Part shown: piece after piece, positions 33,441-43,524 of the stretch
Layout: each line of letters opens with the position of its first letter
Numbering within the stretch: the stretch's first letter is position 1
Position numbers and translations under genes: made by a program
Notes under the pieces: generated by a model
Databases searched by the model: none
Seen by the model: only the letters and a program-made list of their open reading frames with translations
What the model was told of the DNA's origin: nothing
Sequence record: OP953026.1
Reading direction: 5' to 3' (one strand)
DNA length: 64,000 bases

Positions 33441-33810
33441 GATCGATGGTAATCCTTTATCTTCTTCTAAAGACTATGGAAAGAAGATACGTACCTATTT
33501 AAATAGTGTATTGGAAAAGGAACAACGTATAAATCTAAGTATAACTGGTGAAGAAGTACTTAGTCGAATTTATGCTATTACCGATTCAGATCTTCAATAT
33601 AAAATTCTCAGCCGGGAAATTGCTGAAGTGAAGGCTAAAGATTCTTACCGTAATGCGGTATTAGTATTAGCTGGTGGTGTTACTCTTATTGGGGCATCAG
33701 TATCTACTATGGTGGTTTTATCTGGTGCACCTATGTCAGAAGAAAGTGCCAATGTGTTAAAGACTATTGTGCAAGGTACCTTTGAATTAATAAAGATGCT
33801 TATGCAATAA
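33415..33810 (+). CDS. membrane protein, holin candidate (gp142-like)
   Basis: GGAG SD before the ATG at 33415; soluble N-domain then hydrophobic AVLVLAGGVTLIGASVSTMVVLSG; lies in the lysis cluster. Confidence 0.6.
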   Translation: MTLEDVLIEIDGNPLSSSKDYGKKIRTYLNSVLEKEQRINLSITGEEVLSRIYAITDSDLQYKILSREIAEVKAKDSYRNAVLVLAGGVTLIGASVSTMVVLSGAPMSEESANVLKTIVQGTFELIKMLMQ

Positions 33811-33820
33811 AAACTATAAT

Positions 33821-33845
33821 AGCCTTCCTCTTGAAGAGGAAGGCT
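33821..33845 (+). terminator. hairpin AGCCTTCCTCT-TGA-AGAGGAAGGCT
   Basis: 11-bp stem after TAA. Confidence 0.7.
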
Positions 33846-33892
33846 TTATAATGCTATGTGGATTAAACATTTTACCACTATAGAGGTTTGAC

Positions 33893-34426
33893 ATGCAGGA
33901 TATCTTTCCGTATGACATGGCATCGAGGGACGCGCTAGTAAAACTTGCGCGGGATGATTTAAAAATAAACTTCAAACCAGAAACAGTTACATTTGAAGAT
34001 ATGTTTTTTAGTCCAACCACGATTGAGCCTGGACGTACATTTATTGAAATGATCGACATTACTACTGACATTAAGTACATGTTAACTTACCGTCGGTTAG
34101 ATTTTGCTGATCCACGAGCTATTGGTGAAGGATCTATCCTTAAGATAGTTGGTACTTTAACACCTAAAGCAATTGCTGAAGAAATCAACCGTTCACGGGG
34201 TTGGAAGCTTGGACCAGATGATGTTTCATTTGATACAACACCAATCAATGCAACTACGGATGTTGTTCCATACACGATAGTAGCTATGTCGAGTAGTTAT
34301 GCTTACTATGGTGAATGTAATATACTAATTCAACGTATTGATGATACATCGGATACTATCCGGCTATTAGAGAATGGCGCAGCACGTTATCTAGAAAATG
34401 GGACTATCCGTTATCTAGAAAGTTAA
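33893..34426 (+). CDS. virion structural protein (gp143-like) ending in a 3x RxLE[N]G tag
   Basis: GAGG SD; gp126/127-type body; C-terminus RLLENGAARYLENGTIRYLES. Confidence 0.88.
   Translation: MQDIFPYDMASRDALVKLARDDLKINFKPETVTFEDMFFSPTTIEPGRTFIEMIDITTDIKYMLTYRRLDFADPRAIGEGSILKIVGTLTPKAIAEEINRSRGWKLGPDDVSFDTTPINATTDVVPYTIVAMSSSYAYYGECNILIQRIDDTSDTIRLLENGAARYLENGTIRYLES
34385..34414 (+). repeat. 30-nt exact repeat, copy 2 (copy 1 at 8732-8761)
   Basis: CGTTATCTAGAAAATGGGACTATCCGTTAT, same peptide frame (RYLENGTIRY). Confidence 0.95.
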
Positions 34427-34448
34427 GTAATACCCTCAATGAACCTAA

Positions 34449-35270
<822 letters not shown>

Positions 35271-35353
35271 GATGTAGCAATAGAATGGAGTCTATGGTAT
35301 CATGTGAAACTTCCCCTCATGATAAACCACATCTTGTGTCAATGTAACTTTTT

Positions 35354-35373
35354 GAGAGTCCTTCGGGACTCTC
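35354..35373 (+). terminator. hairpin GAGAGTCC-TTCG-GGACTCTC
   Basis: 8-bp UUCG stem followed by TTATG. Confidence 0.7.
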
Positions 35374-35475
35374 TTATGTTGTTAAAATATTACTCATTAG
35401 CAATAGTACATTACTGTATGAGTCTTCTTCGAAAGACTAACATGTTAGTGTTTCTTATACAGCAAGGAAATAAAA

Positions 35476-37845
35476 ATGGCAAATGCTACAGACAAAGGCA
35501 AGATCAGTCAACTGCCGGATCTAGCTACTCTTAACGATAGCGAGTATATTGAATTAATTCATACCGATGCAGCTGGTCAAGTCGATAACTATAAGTTTCT
35601 GCTGTCAAAACTACAGACTGGGGCACCCGGTCTTAGTGCGTACGAGATTGCCGTTAAAAATGGTTTCCAGGGAACTGAAACCGAATGGCTTGATTCGCTT
35701 AAAGGTAAATCTTCTTATCAAATCGCAGTCGATCTAGGCTTCGTTGGTACTGAAGAAGAGTTTATAGCATCCCTTAAAGGTGATGCTGGTAAGAGTGCAT
35801 ATGAAGTAGCTGTGGAAAATGGTTTCCAAGGTACTGAACAGGAATGGTTAACATCACTGCATGCAACCATGACTGCTGAACTACTCCAGACACTCTTAAA
35901 TCAACAAGGCTATACAGTTAAAGATGTACTGCGTGTAACTGGTAAGAATGGTGGATTATCATCCAACGCTGCTTTCCATAACTTTGCTTTCCTGTTTGAT
36001 AAGCGTCTAAATCAAGACGACTTAACTGCTGGTGATAAAGTACCTCAGCGTATGATGGAACAAGGTCGTATGGAGGCAGAAGGTTATTCTTATCTAAAGA
36101 ACGCCTCTGCACCCACTACGCAAGGTGCATTACCCGAATTACCTGAGTCTGAAATTCGTATTTATGACAATGGTGAATTCCAGATTGGTAGTTTAACTGA
36201 TTACATTGCATTCAAGAATGACGGCAATATCCGTATTGTTGAAGGCGTTGATGAAACAATTGTTGATCTTAAGAACCTTCCTAAAAACGAAGGTATTAGT
36301 GGCGGTGTATTCGTCAAAGATGTACAAGCAACTGATCCCAGTCAGAACGTAGGTAGTATTGTGCGTACCCCTGATGGACACAGCGTACAGTCATGCCTAT
36401 CGACTACTAGTAATGTTCGGGTTATCGTTGATGCAATAACTGGACATTCTAGTTATGTACCTAGTGTTAAAATCAATAACGTAGATGCAGTTGTAACTCC
36501 TGGCGTTAATCCACCTATGTGGATTGCTACCGCCGATATTGATCTTGGTGCACCTACTACTGAAGGTTATGCTGATATTGTTGTAGAACACGCCGATGGG
36601 GCTAAATTCACTACTAAGGTATTAGCCGATACTCCCGCTAATATTACCAGTGCTGTATTTACTGGCGGTTATCCGTTAGGTCAAACAGAACTTAAAGAAG
36701 ATGACCTTGTTGCAATTAAAGTTGTTACTGATGAAAATATAGTAGCATACGAAATTGCTGACTTTGGTGCACTGAAAGAAAGTAGTGGTACTGTTGCACC
36801 TACTAAAGAACTAGAGGTTACTGGTCTTTACGTAGCTGATCGTGGTAATACTACTAAGGCATATGGTTTCCGTGTACGTGTTCAGAAATCAACTGGATCA
36901 TGGTCAGAATGGTTTACTTCCAGTGATGCTGGTTCCGAAGATAAAATTAACACTATGCAGTTAAACGATCTTCGCCCAGTTGTTAATATTGGTCAAGTAA
37001 CTTATCCGTCTGGTCAAAGTGCTATTAAAGTAGGTGAAACTGCTACTGTAGCCAATACGGTATCTAATGCTGATAGTGTGGTTTATTCCTCACCAAATGA
37101 TCAGCTTACTATAACCAGTGCAAATGAAGCAGAAATTGCTAAGGTAGTTACTTATAAGTCAGGTACTTATAACGACAGCACTAATAACCTATTAATTACT
37201 GCTAAACGTGCAGCTAATGGTAGTGTAGCTACAGCTACTGCTGTTGTGGCTATTGCAAATGCGGCACCTACTGCGATGGTTACCTACCCTGCTGCTCGCC
37301 TTCGTTCAGGTGGTAACTTTGGAACCCAAGTACAAAGTCATGTCATTACTTTAACCTCTACTCAGAAACTAAGTGCAGCTCCGGCCATGAATGCGCCTGG
37401 CGGTAAGTGGGCTACTGAGGATTGGAAATCTGATGCCACTGGTAAGGTATGGACACGTGCATTACTAGTACATGATGATGATCCTAAAGGAACCTACGAT
37501 TTTAACAGTGTGGTTCTAAAAGGTTTAGCTGGTGTTGAAGCTAATAGTGTAAATGGTGGTACTTATGTACTAGGTGGATTTGTATTCCGCACTCTAAGTG
37601 TGGCTGCTTGGCCGAACCGTGAAACTGATATTGGTACTGAAGTAACCAATACTGGTAAACTACGTTGCAGTAACCTATCTAAAGGTTCTACTGGTAGCTT
37701 AAACTTCACTTATAAGGCGGATGATGCAAATCAAGTTGACACCTACACCATCAAGGATGGCAATAAGTGGTATAACTGTGACTCAGCAAACGCTGTGTCC
37801 AACACCACTGGACTGATGAAAATCGAACTTGAGGAAGTAGTATAA
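35476..37845 (+). CDS. virion fibre-associated protein (gp145-like)
   Basis: N-terminal KISQLPDLATL module; 3x SAYxxAVxxGFxGTExEWLxSL repeats; beta-rich Ig-like C-half. Confidence 0.85.
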   Translation: MANATDKGKISQLPDLATLNDSEYIELIHTDAAGQVDNYKFLLSKLQTGAPGLSAYEIAVKNGFQGTETEWLDSLKGKSSYQIAVDLGFVGTEEEFIASLKGDAGKSAYEVAVENGFQGTEQEWLTSLHATMTAELLQTLLNQQGYTVKDVLRVTGKNGGLSSNAAFHNFAFLFDKRLNQDDLTAGDKVPQRMMEQGRMEAEGYSYLKNASAPTTQGALPELPESEIRIYDNGEFQIGSLTDYIAFKNDGNIRIVEGVDETIVDLKNLPKNEGISGGVFVKDVQATDPSQNVGSIVRTPDGHSVQSCLSTTSNVRVIVDAITGHSSYVPSVKINNVDAVVTPGVNPPMWIATADIDLGAPTTEGYADIVVEHADGAKFTTKVLADTPANITSAVFTGGYPLGQTELKEDDLVAIKVVTDENIVAYEIADFGALKESSGTVAPTKELEVTGLYVADRGNTTKAYGFRVRVQKSTGSWSEWFTSSDAGSEDKINTMQLNDLRPVVNIGQVTYPSGQSAIKVGETATVANTVSNADSVVYSSPNDQLTITSANEAEIAKVVTYKSGTYNDSTNNLLITAKRAANGSVATATAVVAIANAAPTAMVTYPAARLRSGGNFGTQVQSHVITLTSTQKLSAAPAMNAPGGKWATEDWKSDATGKVWTRALLVHDDDPKGTYDFNSVVLKGLAGVEANSVNGGTYVLGGFVFRTLSVAAWPNRETDIGTEVTNTGKLRCSNLSKGSTGSLNFTYKADDANQVDTYTIKDGNKWYNCDSANAVSNTTGLMKIELEEVV

Positions 37846-40800
37846 TGGCTTCTGCATTTGAAGATTATGTAAACGGGGAACTCCCCAAACGGGTATCATC
37901 AATTGATGAGCCCACTTCTGTAGTTAATGGACACATCCCGGTTTCTACCGGGGTGGGTCTTAATACTACTTTCGTTGATCCTGTTACTATACCTGGATTA
38001 AAGGGTGAAGATGGTCAGCCGGGTAAAGATGGCGAACAAGGCCCTCCTGGCCCAGTTGGTCCGGCTATTAACATTATCGCTAATGTTGATCTAGCAACAT
38101 TCGAACAAGATATTAAACCATTAGATACGCATAATGTCGGTGATGCTTGGTTCGTTGAAGATCGGCTATGGGTGTGGGAATCACCGCTAGGTAATGAAGA
38201 CCCCCCTGTAAAAGGTCGTTGGGTTGAAACAGGTTCACTTCGTGGTCCAGATGGTACTGGTCTAGTTATCCGTGGTCGTTGGCCTAATAACTTAGAATTA
38301 CCTAAGACTGAAAGTAATAAACCTGGAGATGCTTATTCATGGAATAATCAACTCTGGGCGTGGATGCTTATCTCAGGTAATAATCCGCCAGAGAATCCAA
38401 CTATTGATGACTATGATTGGTTCCCAGTTACACCACAGGGTGAACGTGGACCTGAGGGCCCTGAAGGTCCGCAAGGTAAAGATGGTGAAATTGGTCCTGA
38501 AGGTCCTCAGGGTGAACCAGCAATGCCGTTTACCATTAAGGATTCACTACCATCACCAGCTGATTTACCTGATCCATCTGTAGCTAAAGAATCAGAAGCA
38601 TACTTAGTTACTATGGAAGCTGGTAAACCAGAACATCTATTCATCTTTGTAAAAGGGGCATGGTCAGACCTAGGTACTTTCCAAGGCCCTGAGGGCCCAC
38701 AAGGTAAACCAGGTAATACAGGTGATCCGGGTCCCGATGGTAAACAAGGTGAACCTGGTCCACAAGGTCGTAACTTAGAAGTAGTTAAAGCAGTTGAAAC
38801 TGCTGATGATCTATTAACCACCACTGGTGTAGAACAATACCAAGGTGTTTCAGTACGTTCCACCAATACGGTTTATGTACTGACTGGCCAAGATCCGACT
38901 GTTGATATCTCATGGACAGCCATGGGTTCATTCCGTGGCCCGCAGGGCCCTGAAGGTCCGCAAGGTGAAGATGGCGAACAAGGTCTACCTGGTGAACCAG
39001 GGGCACAAGGTAAATCGGCTTTCCAAGTAGCATTGGACAATGGCTTCACTGGTACTGAGGGTGAATGGTTAATCAGTCTACATGGTAAGAACGTAGTTAT
39101 TACTGGTGCTGTTGCCAATGAGGCAGCCCTGCCGGCAGATGCTCCTGATCAGGCAGCGTACTTCACACAAGACACATCTACCTTATTTGTTAAGATAGAT
39201 GGTAATTGGGTAAATAGTGGTACACATCGAGGTCCTAAAGGTGAAGATGGCGCACCTGGTAAAGACGGTGATCAGGGACCAGAAGGACCCGAGGGACCAG
39301 AAGGCCCACAAGGTCCCGCTGGTGAACCTATCCAGATCATCGCAGCGATTGACACTCCTGAAGATACCCCACCAGAAGCACTTGCCGATAACCAATGGAA
39401 AGCATATACTGTTAAGTCCACGGGCGAAGTATTTGTTAACATGGACGGTAGTCGCTGGACTAGCATTGGTATTATGGCAGGTCCGCAAGGTAAACCGGGT
39501 GAAGGTTTAAACATTAAAGGTGTTTTAACCGATGCTTCACAACTACCAAAGAAAGACACTGATCCTGACTTAGTAACTGGTGATTCATACTGGGTTGAAA
39601 CTAACGAAGGTACAATGCTCTATACTTACCAAGGTCAGGAAATTGATGGCTATATCGGCCCAATTAATCTAAATGGTGAGCAGGGTATCCAGGGTGTCGA
39701 AGGCCCACAAGGTCCTGAAGGTAAACAAGGTGGTGGTCTATTAATTATCTATGTTGGTGATGATGCTGGTAAACCAGTAGCATCTGCTGATAACGTAGGT
39801 AAAGGTATTGCCATTCGCACCAATACTGAAGGACAAGTAGAAGTATTTGTAAGTATCGATACTGAAGGTACATTTACTTGGGAAAGCCTAGGTGTCTTAG
39901 CCATGGGTCCGCAGGGTCCTGAAGGTCCTGAGGGCAAACAAGGTGTTCCAGGTATCCCTGGTAAAACCGGTCAGAAAGGTGAACGTGGATCCTCTTGGGT
40001 AATTCTACCTGAAGGTCAAACTGCACCCACTTCTATCGATGGTAATCGTGGTGACTGGTGTATCGACAAAACTGGTACCGTTTGGTATAAAGATGCTAAC
40101 TGGGTTGTATTCTACAAATTAATGTCAGTTCCAGTTAGTGAAGTCGATCCAGAAGATGTCGATAAGAAAATGGTTCGGTACAAACTCGGTTGGACTGAAC
40201 TACCTGTTGATGAGGTGGTAGATGCTGAAGTAGGTGTCTTCTATGGTCGCCGTAAAGCAACCGCTGACGGGGCTGTTGAATGGACTGCTATTGAATTACC
40301 AACACCTGCCATTGATGCTGTACCTAGTCCAGTTGTTAATGCACAATACGTTCGTAAAGGTATTGCAGGGGGTGAAACTGAATGGGCTACCATTACATTC
40401 CCAGAAATTCCTTCAGATGTAGTACGCGATACTGCACAAGCTACTAAGCCTCAAGGTCGTGTAGCTGGTAACTGGGTTGATGTAGCACCTCTGCAAACCG
40501 ATGATACTCTAATGGGTATGCAAAATGGTGAATGGGTAGCTGTACCAGCCGCAGTTATTGGTGAAGTACCTAGTGAAGGTGCTAATGGCACTAACTATGT
40601 ACGTGAGAAAACAGCTAGTGGTTCTAAATGGACACCTGTAACTATTATAGTTGATCAAGCTGATGCTACTAGTGGACAACTATTCCTACGTAATGCTGCG
40701 GCTAAATCATGGACTCTATTCCAAGGTCCGAATAATGATGTAACCGCTGATGGTGATTGGCTACGTAGCCGTACTGGTACTAATATTACTTGGAAGAAGC

Positions 40801-41126
40801 TAGATAAATCATTCGATGCATATAGCCTAAAATCAAGTACATTCACTGGTACAGCTCTGACTATAACACCTGCTAACCAGCAGTGCTATAGGGTTCAAAC
40901 TGCTGCTAACCAAACCATTACACTAGAGAATGGACCTGTTGATCGCATGATCACAGCTGTTCTTGTATTGCTTGGTAAGGTAGCTATGCCAACACTGTCT
41001 AGTGCAGTGCTACAGTGGAACAATGGTACTCCAGTAATAGTAGATGACCTAGGTGATACTAAAACAGTTCTCACCCTCTTATGGGATGGTACTAACTGGA
41101 TAGTTTCCAAAGGTGCTGTTATTTAA
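37845..41126 (+). CDS. collagen-like fibre protein (gp146-like)
   Basis: Many Gly-X-Y tracts (GPEGPQG) between small globular repeats; foldon-like repeats; C-terminal WDGTNW domain; TAATG coupling. Confidence 0.9.
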   Translation: MASAFEDYVNGELPKRVSSIDEPTSVVNGHIPVSTGVGLNTTFVDPVTIPGLKGEDGQPGKDGEQGPPGPVGPAINIIANVDLATFEQDIKPLDTHNVGDAWFVEDRLWVWESPLGNEDPPVKGRWVETGSLRGPDGTGLVIRGRWPNNLELPKTESNKPGDAYSWNNQLWAWMLISGNNPPENPTIDDYDWFPVTPQGERGPEGPEGPQGKDGEIGPEGPQGEPAMPFTIKDSLPSPADLPDPSVAKESEAYLVTMEAGKPEHLFIFVKGAWSDLGTFQGPEGPQGKPGNTGDPGPDGKQGEPGPQGRNLEVVKAVETADDLLTTTGVEQYQGVSVRSTNTVYVLTGQDPTVDISWTAMGSFRGPQGPEGPQGEDGEQGLPGEPGAQGKSAFQVALDNGFTGTEGEWLISLHGKNVVITGAVANEAALPADAPDQAAYFTQDTSTLFVKIDGNWVNSGTHRGPKGEDGAPGKDGDQGPEGPEGPEGPQGPAGEPIQIIAAIDTPEDTPPEALADNQWKAYTVKSTGEVFVNMDGSRWTSIGIMAGPQGKPGEGLNIKGVLTDASQLPKKDTDPDLVTGDSYWVETNEGTMLYTYQGQEIDGYIGPINLNGEQGIQGVEGPQGPEGKQGGGLLIIYVGDDAGKPVASADNVGKGIAIRTNTEGQVEVFVSIDTEGTFTWESLGVLAMGPQGPEGPEGKQGVPGIPGKTGQKGERGSSWVILPEGQTAPTSIDGNRGDWCIDKTGTVWYKDANWVVFYKLMSVPVSEVDPEDVDKKMVRYKLGWTELPVDEVVDAEVGVFYGRRKATADGAVEWTAIELPTPAIDAVPSPVVNAQYVRKGIAGGETEWATITFPEIPSDVVRDTAQATKPQGRVAGNWVDVAPLQTDDTLMGMQNGEWVAVPAAVIGEVPSEGANGTNYVREKTASGSKWTPVTIIVDQADATSGQLFLRNAAAKSWTLFQGPNNDVTADGDWLRSRTGTNITWKKLDKSFDAYSLKSSTFTGTALTITPANQQCYRVQTAANQTITLENGPVDRMITAVLVLLGKVAMPTLSSAVLQWNNGTPVIVDDLGDTKTVLTLLWDGTNWIVSKGAVI

Positions 41127-41137
41127 AATGACATATT

Positions 41138-41157
41138 GCCCTCCCTTCGGGGAGGGC
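41138..41157 (+). terminator. hairpin GCCCTCCC-TTCG-GGGAGGGC
   Basis: Identical to the 8807-8826 hairpin; T-rich tail. Confidence 0.85.
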
Positions 41158-41225
41158 TTTATTTTGTATTTTAAGATTGATTCATTATTAACCATACCAT
41201 CGTACCAGTTATATCTAAAAAAAGC

Positions 41226-41252
41226 ATAGAAAGCCCTATTAGGGCTTTCTAT
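41226..41252 (-). terminator. hairpin ATAGAAAGCCCT-ATT-AGGGCTTTCTAT
   Basis: 12-bp stem just past the minus-strand stop at 41259. Confidence 0.75.
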
Positions 41253-41258
41253 TGGGTA

Positions 41259-41975
41259 TCATGGCTTAAACATGGAAAAGTATTCAGCATCGATGAAATC
41301 AAAGTCGATATTAAGTTTATGCTTTAACTGGAAATCCATGATAATAAACTGTTTATCTTCAACAGCTAATTCACTTACATCTTTCTCAAATAGTTTTGGA
41401 CCAATAATAGTAAAGTCAGGCATCAACACTTGTCCTAATTCAAGAACATGGGTTTTACACCATTCTCCAAAATTATACATAATCGCCATTGAATAGATAG
41501 AGTTTAATCTAGAACAAGTAAGGTCTGTTAATGGAGTATTAATCAGGGTGATCTGAATATGATCACCAATGTACTTATGTAAGCAGTATAGTAATTCATC
41601 TTGAGCATCTGGTGTCAATTCATATGGCCAGATATTGACTTCAAGACATGTTTCAAAATTAGCATTAACTATACCATCTAATCTATTCAAATCTGATTGG
41701 GCTATTAATTGAATAATAAATGGAATGATACCAGTGAATATAGAACTATTGATAGTGTCAGCAGTATTTTCACCACCACGTTTAGAATAAGCTTCGACAA
41801 ATTGTTCATTAGTTACTAAACCATCTGTTAGTTTAGTCCAATCATCCATTTCCCTATGCCAGTAAATTTGACCATTGGTAACAAGCTTATTAGCTGCATC
41901 TTTATTTAGTAACCTAATGGTTCCTAATCGTGTATCTAATAGTGAGTCAAGATCAATTAAGATTTTACGAAACAT
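41259..41975 (-). CDS. HAD-like protein (gp147-like)
   Basis: N-terminal ILIDLDSLLD (DxD motif I). Confidence 0.65.
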   Translation of the reverse strand: MFRKILIDLDSLLDTRLGTIRLLNKDAANKLVTNGQIYWHREMDDWTKLTDGLVTNEQFVEAYSKRGGENTADTINSSIFTGIIPFIIQLIAQSDLNRLDGIVNANFETCLEVNIWPYELTPDAQDELLYCLHKYIGDHIQITLINTPLTDLTCSRLNSIYSMAIMYNFGEWCKTHVLELGQVLMPDFTIIGPKLFEKDVSELAVEDKQFIIMDFQLKHKLNIDFDFIDAEYFSMFKP

Positions 41976-42471
41976 TATTATTTACCGCCTTCTTTTTAGA
42001 TGGCTTAGCTTGAACTGGGATAGATTCAACTAGATTAGTAATATAACGGATATTTAAACATTGGCAAATAATCCAAACTAACCAATCATTTTGGTATAAA
42101 ATGTCAGTTAATTCTTTTCGTGGAATTAATCGCGCTAACATTTCTTGGTCAACAATAGTTGAATTAGATTGATAAGGATAAATAGAATTAGCTAGTAATT
42201 CCACCACACCATCCCAATCATTAACAGCCATTTTAAATCGACTAACTAAACTTAAGATAGGTTGAAGACGATTACCTTTATTACGGAATAAATTCCAGAT
42301 ATCCCTAATAACTGTTTTATCAGCAATGTGATACCAATGAGTATTGGTACTCCAGTTATTTAGTAAATCCAAAATATCCGCAATGATTTCAGCACTGTAT
42401 CCATTTACTAACTCAGTATTAGATACAATTAAAGCTTCGCACATATCTTCATAAATCTGGCGATTATTCAT
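41965..42471 (-). CDS. hypothetical protein (gp148-like)
   Basis: 168-aa ORF in a packed operon. Confidence 0.8.
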   Translation of the reverse strand: MNNRQIYEDMCEALIVSNTELVNGYSAEIIADILDLLNNWSTNTHWYHIADKTVIRDIWNLFRNKGNRLQPILSLVSRFKMAVNDWDGVVELLANSIYPYQSNSTIVDQEMLARLIPRKELTDILYQNDWLVWIICQCLNIRYITNLVESIPVQAKPSKKKAVNNNVS

Positions 42472-42473
42472 AA

Positions 42474-43148
42474 TTACACCAAGTTATTTTGTAGCATCAT
42501 GCCTTTTAGATAACATGCAAATGTTTTATTAGATTGCACAGTAGTATCATAAGTGGACATGATGGAATCAACAGAAGCACTACCAGTTTCGATAATAGAG
42601 CGGTTCATTGCATTATACGCCTTCTGGTCGCCACCACGCAGTTTCATGAATTCGATCATGGAATAACGGAGACCTTTTGAAGCGTTAACTTGAATCTCTG
42701 GTGCAGACATACGTGATCCTTTAGAATCACCAGTTACCTGCCCTGACCTCTGGTCAATCACGTGACTAGAACCTGGAATACTTTTCTTTTTCTCAAGCAT
42801 TTGTACTTGACGACGAATTGGTATTAAACCAACTAAATGTTTATTAGCAGTTCGATATACCTGGCCAGTACCTGGATCAGTTAAAATGATGTGTTGGAAT
42901 AAATTATGACCAATCGCTTTAGCAACTTTATAATTTTGCTTAATAGTTAATTTAGGCTTAGTGCATAAGTTAGGAGCATATAATGCCAACATCTCTTCAC
43001 CAGAATCTAACTTATTAATCCACTCCTCAAATTCCTCATCATTCATTCGTGCAAACATTTCTTTATAGATATCAACATTACTACTACCAGGTAGAAACAT
43101 GTCAATAATCCATAGGCATTCTTTTTCTACCAATTCTCGTTTAGTCAT
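42474..43148 (-). CDS. gp149: virion RNA polymerase beta subunit, C-terminal fragment (phiKZ gp149)
   Basis: GQVTGDSKGSRMSAPEIQ..MIEFMKLRGGD parallels RpoB QQPLGGKAQFGGQRFGEME..LQEMLTVKSDD. Confidence 0.85.
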   Translation of the reverse strand: MTKRELVEKECLWIIDMFLPGSSNVDIYKEMFARMNDEEFEEWINKLDSGEEMLALYAPNLCTKPKLTIKQNYKVAKAIGHNLFQHIILTDPGTGQVYRTANKHLVGLIPIRRQVQMLEKKKSIPGSSHVIDQRSGQVTGDSKGSRMSAPEIQVNASKGLRYSMIEFMKLRGGDQKAYNAMNRSIIETGSASVDSIMSTYDTTVQSNKTFACYLKGMMLQNNLV

Positions 43149-43180
43149 GGTAATTTCCTCTAAGGTTGTTTAACATACCA

Positions 43181-43501
43181 TTAGCTTGAGCGAGATACCC
43201 CTTGATAGACAGGTATTGAATTCTGGTCAGTACATGGTGGTAACCTATGCCTCTTAAGAATTGGTAATATATTGGCTAGAAAATTAGCATACCATACTTC
43301 AAAGGTGACTGAATCATCAATGGTGGTTCTAGCTGTCAATGTCTGACTAGGGTATTGAGCTAATAGTTGCTGAAAGCAAGCTGATAAAGTGGGTACGTCT
43401 GTACACACTGGTAATCGACGTAATAGATCTTCTGATAGTTCAACATCAAACATTCGTAGACGTTGACAAAGTGTTAAACGATAATCTTCTGTAGTTTTCA
43501 T
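43181..43501 (-). CDS. hypothetical protein (gp150-like)
   Basis: 106 aa; AGGA SD. Confidence 0.75.
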   Translation of the reverse strand: MKTTEDYRLTLCQRLRMFDVELSEDLLRRLPVCTDVPTLSACFQQLLAQYPSQTLTARTTIDDSVTFEVWYANFLANILPILKRHRLPPCTDQNSIPVYQGVSRSS

Positions 43502-43524
43502 TATAGTTCCTTAGGGTCTTTATT

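Noticed and set aside
35304-35534. 76-aa GTG ORF and a 17-codon ORF after endolysin
   Set aside because: The longer ORF runs through a terminator hairpin and has no SD. The short one has GGAG but is too short to support.
38507-39937. Pro/Gly-rich antisense ORFs
   Set aside because: They are mirror images of the collagen Gly-X-Y codons of gp146.
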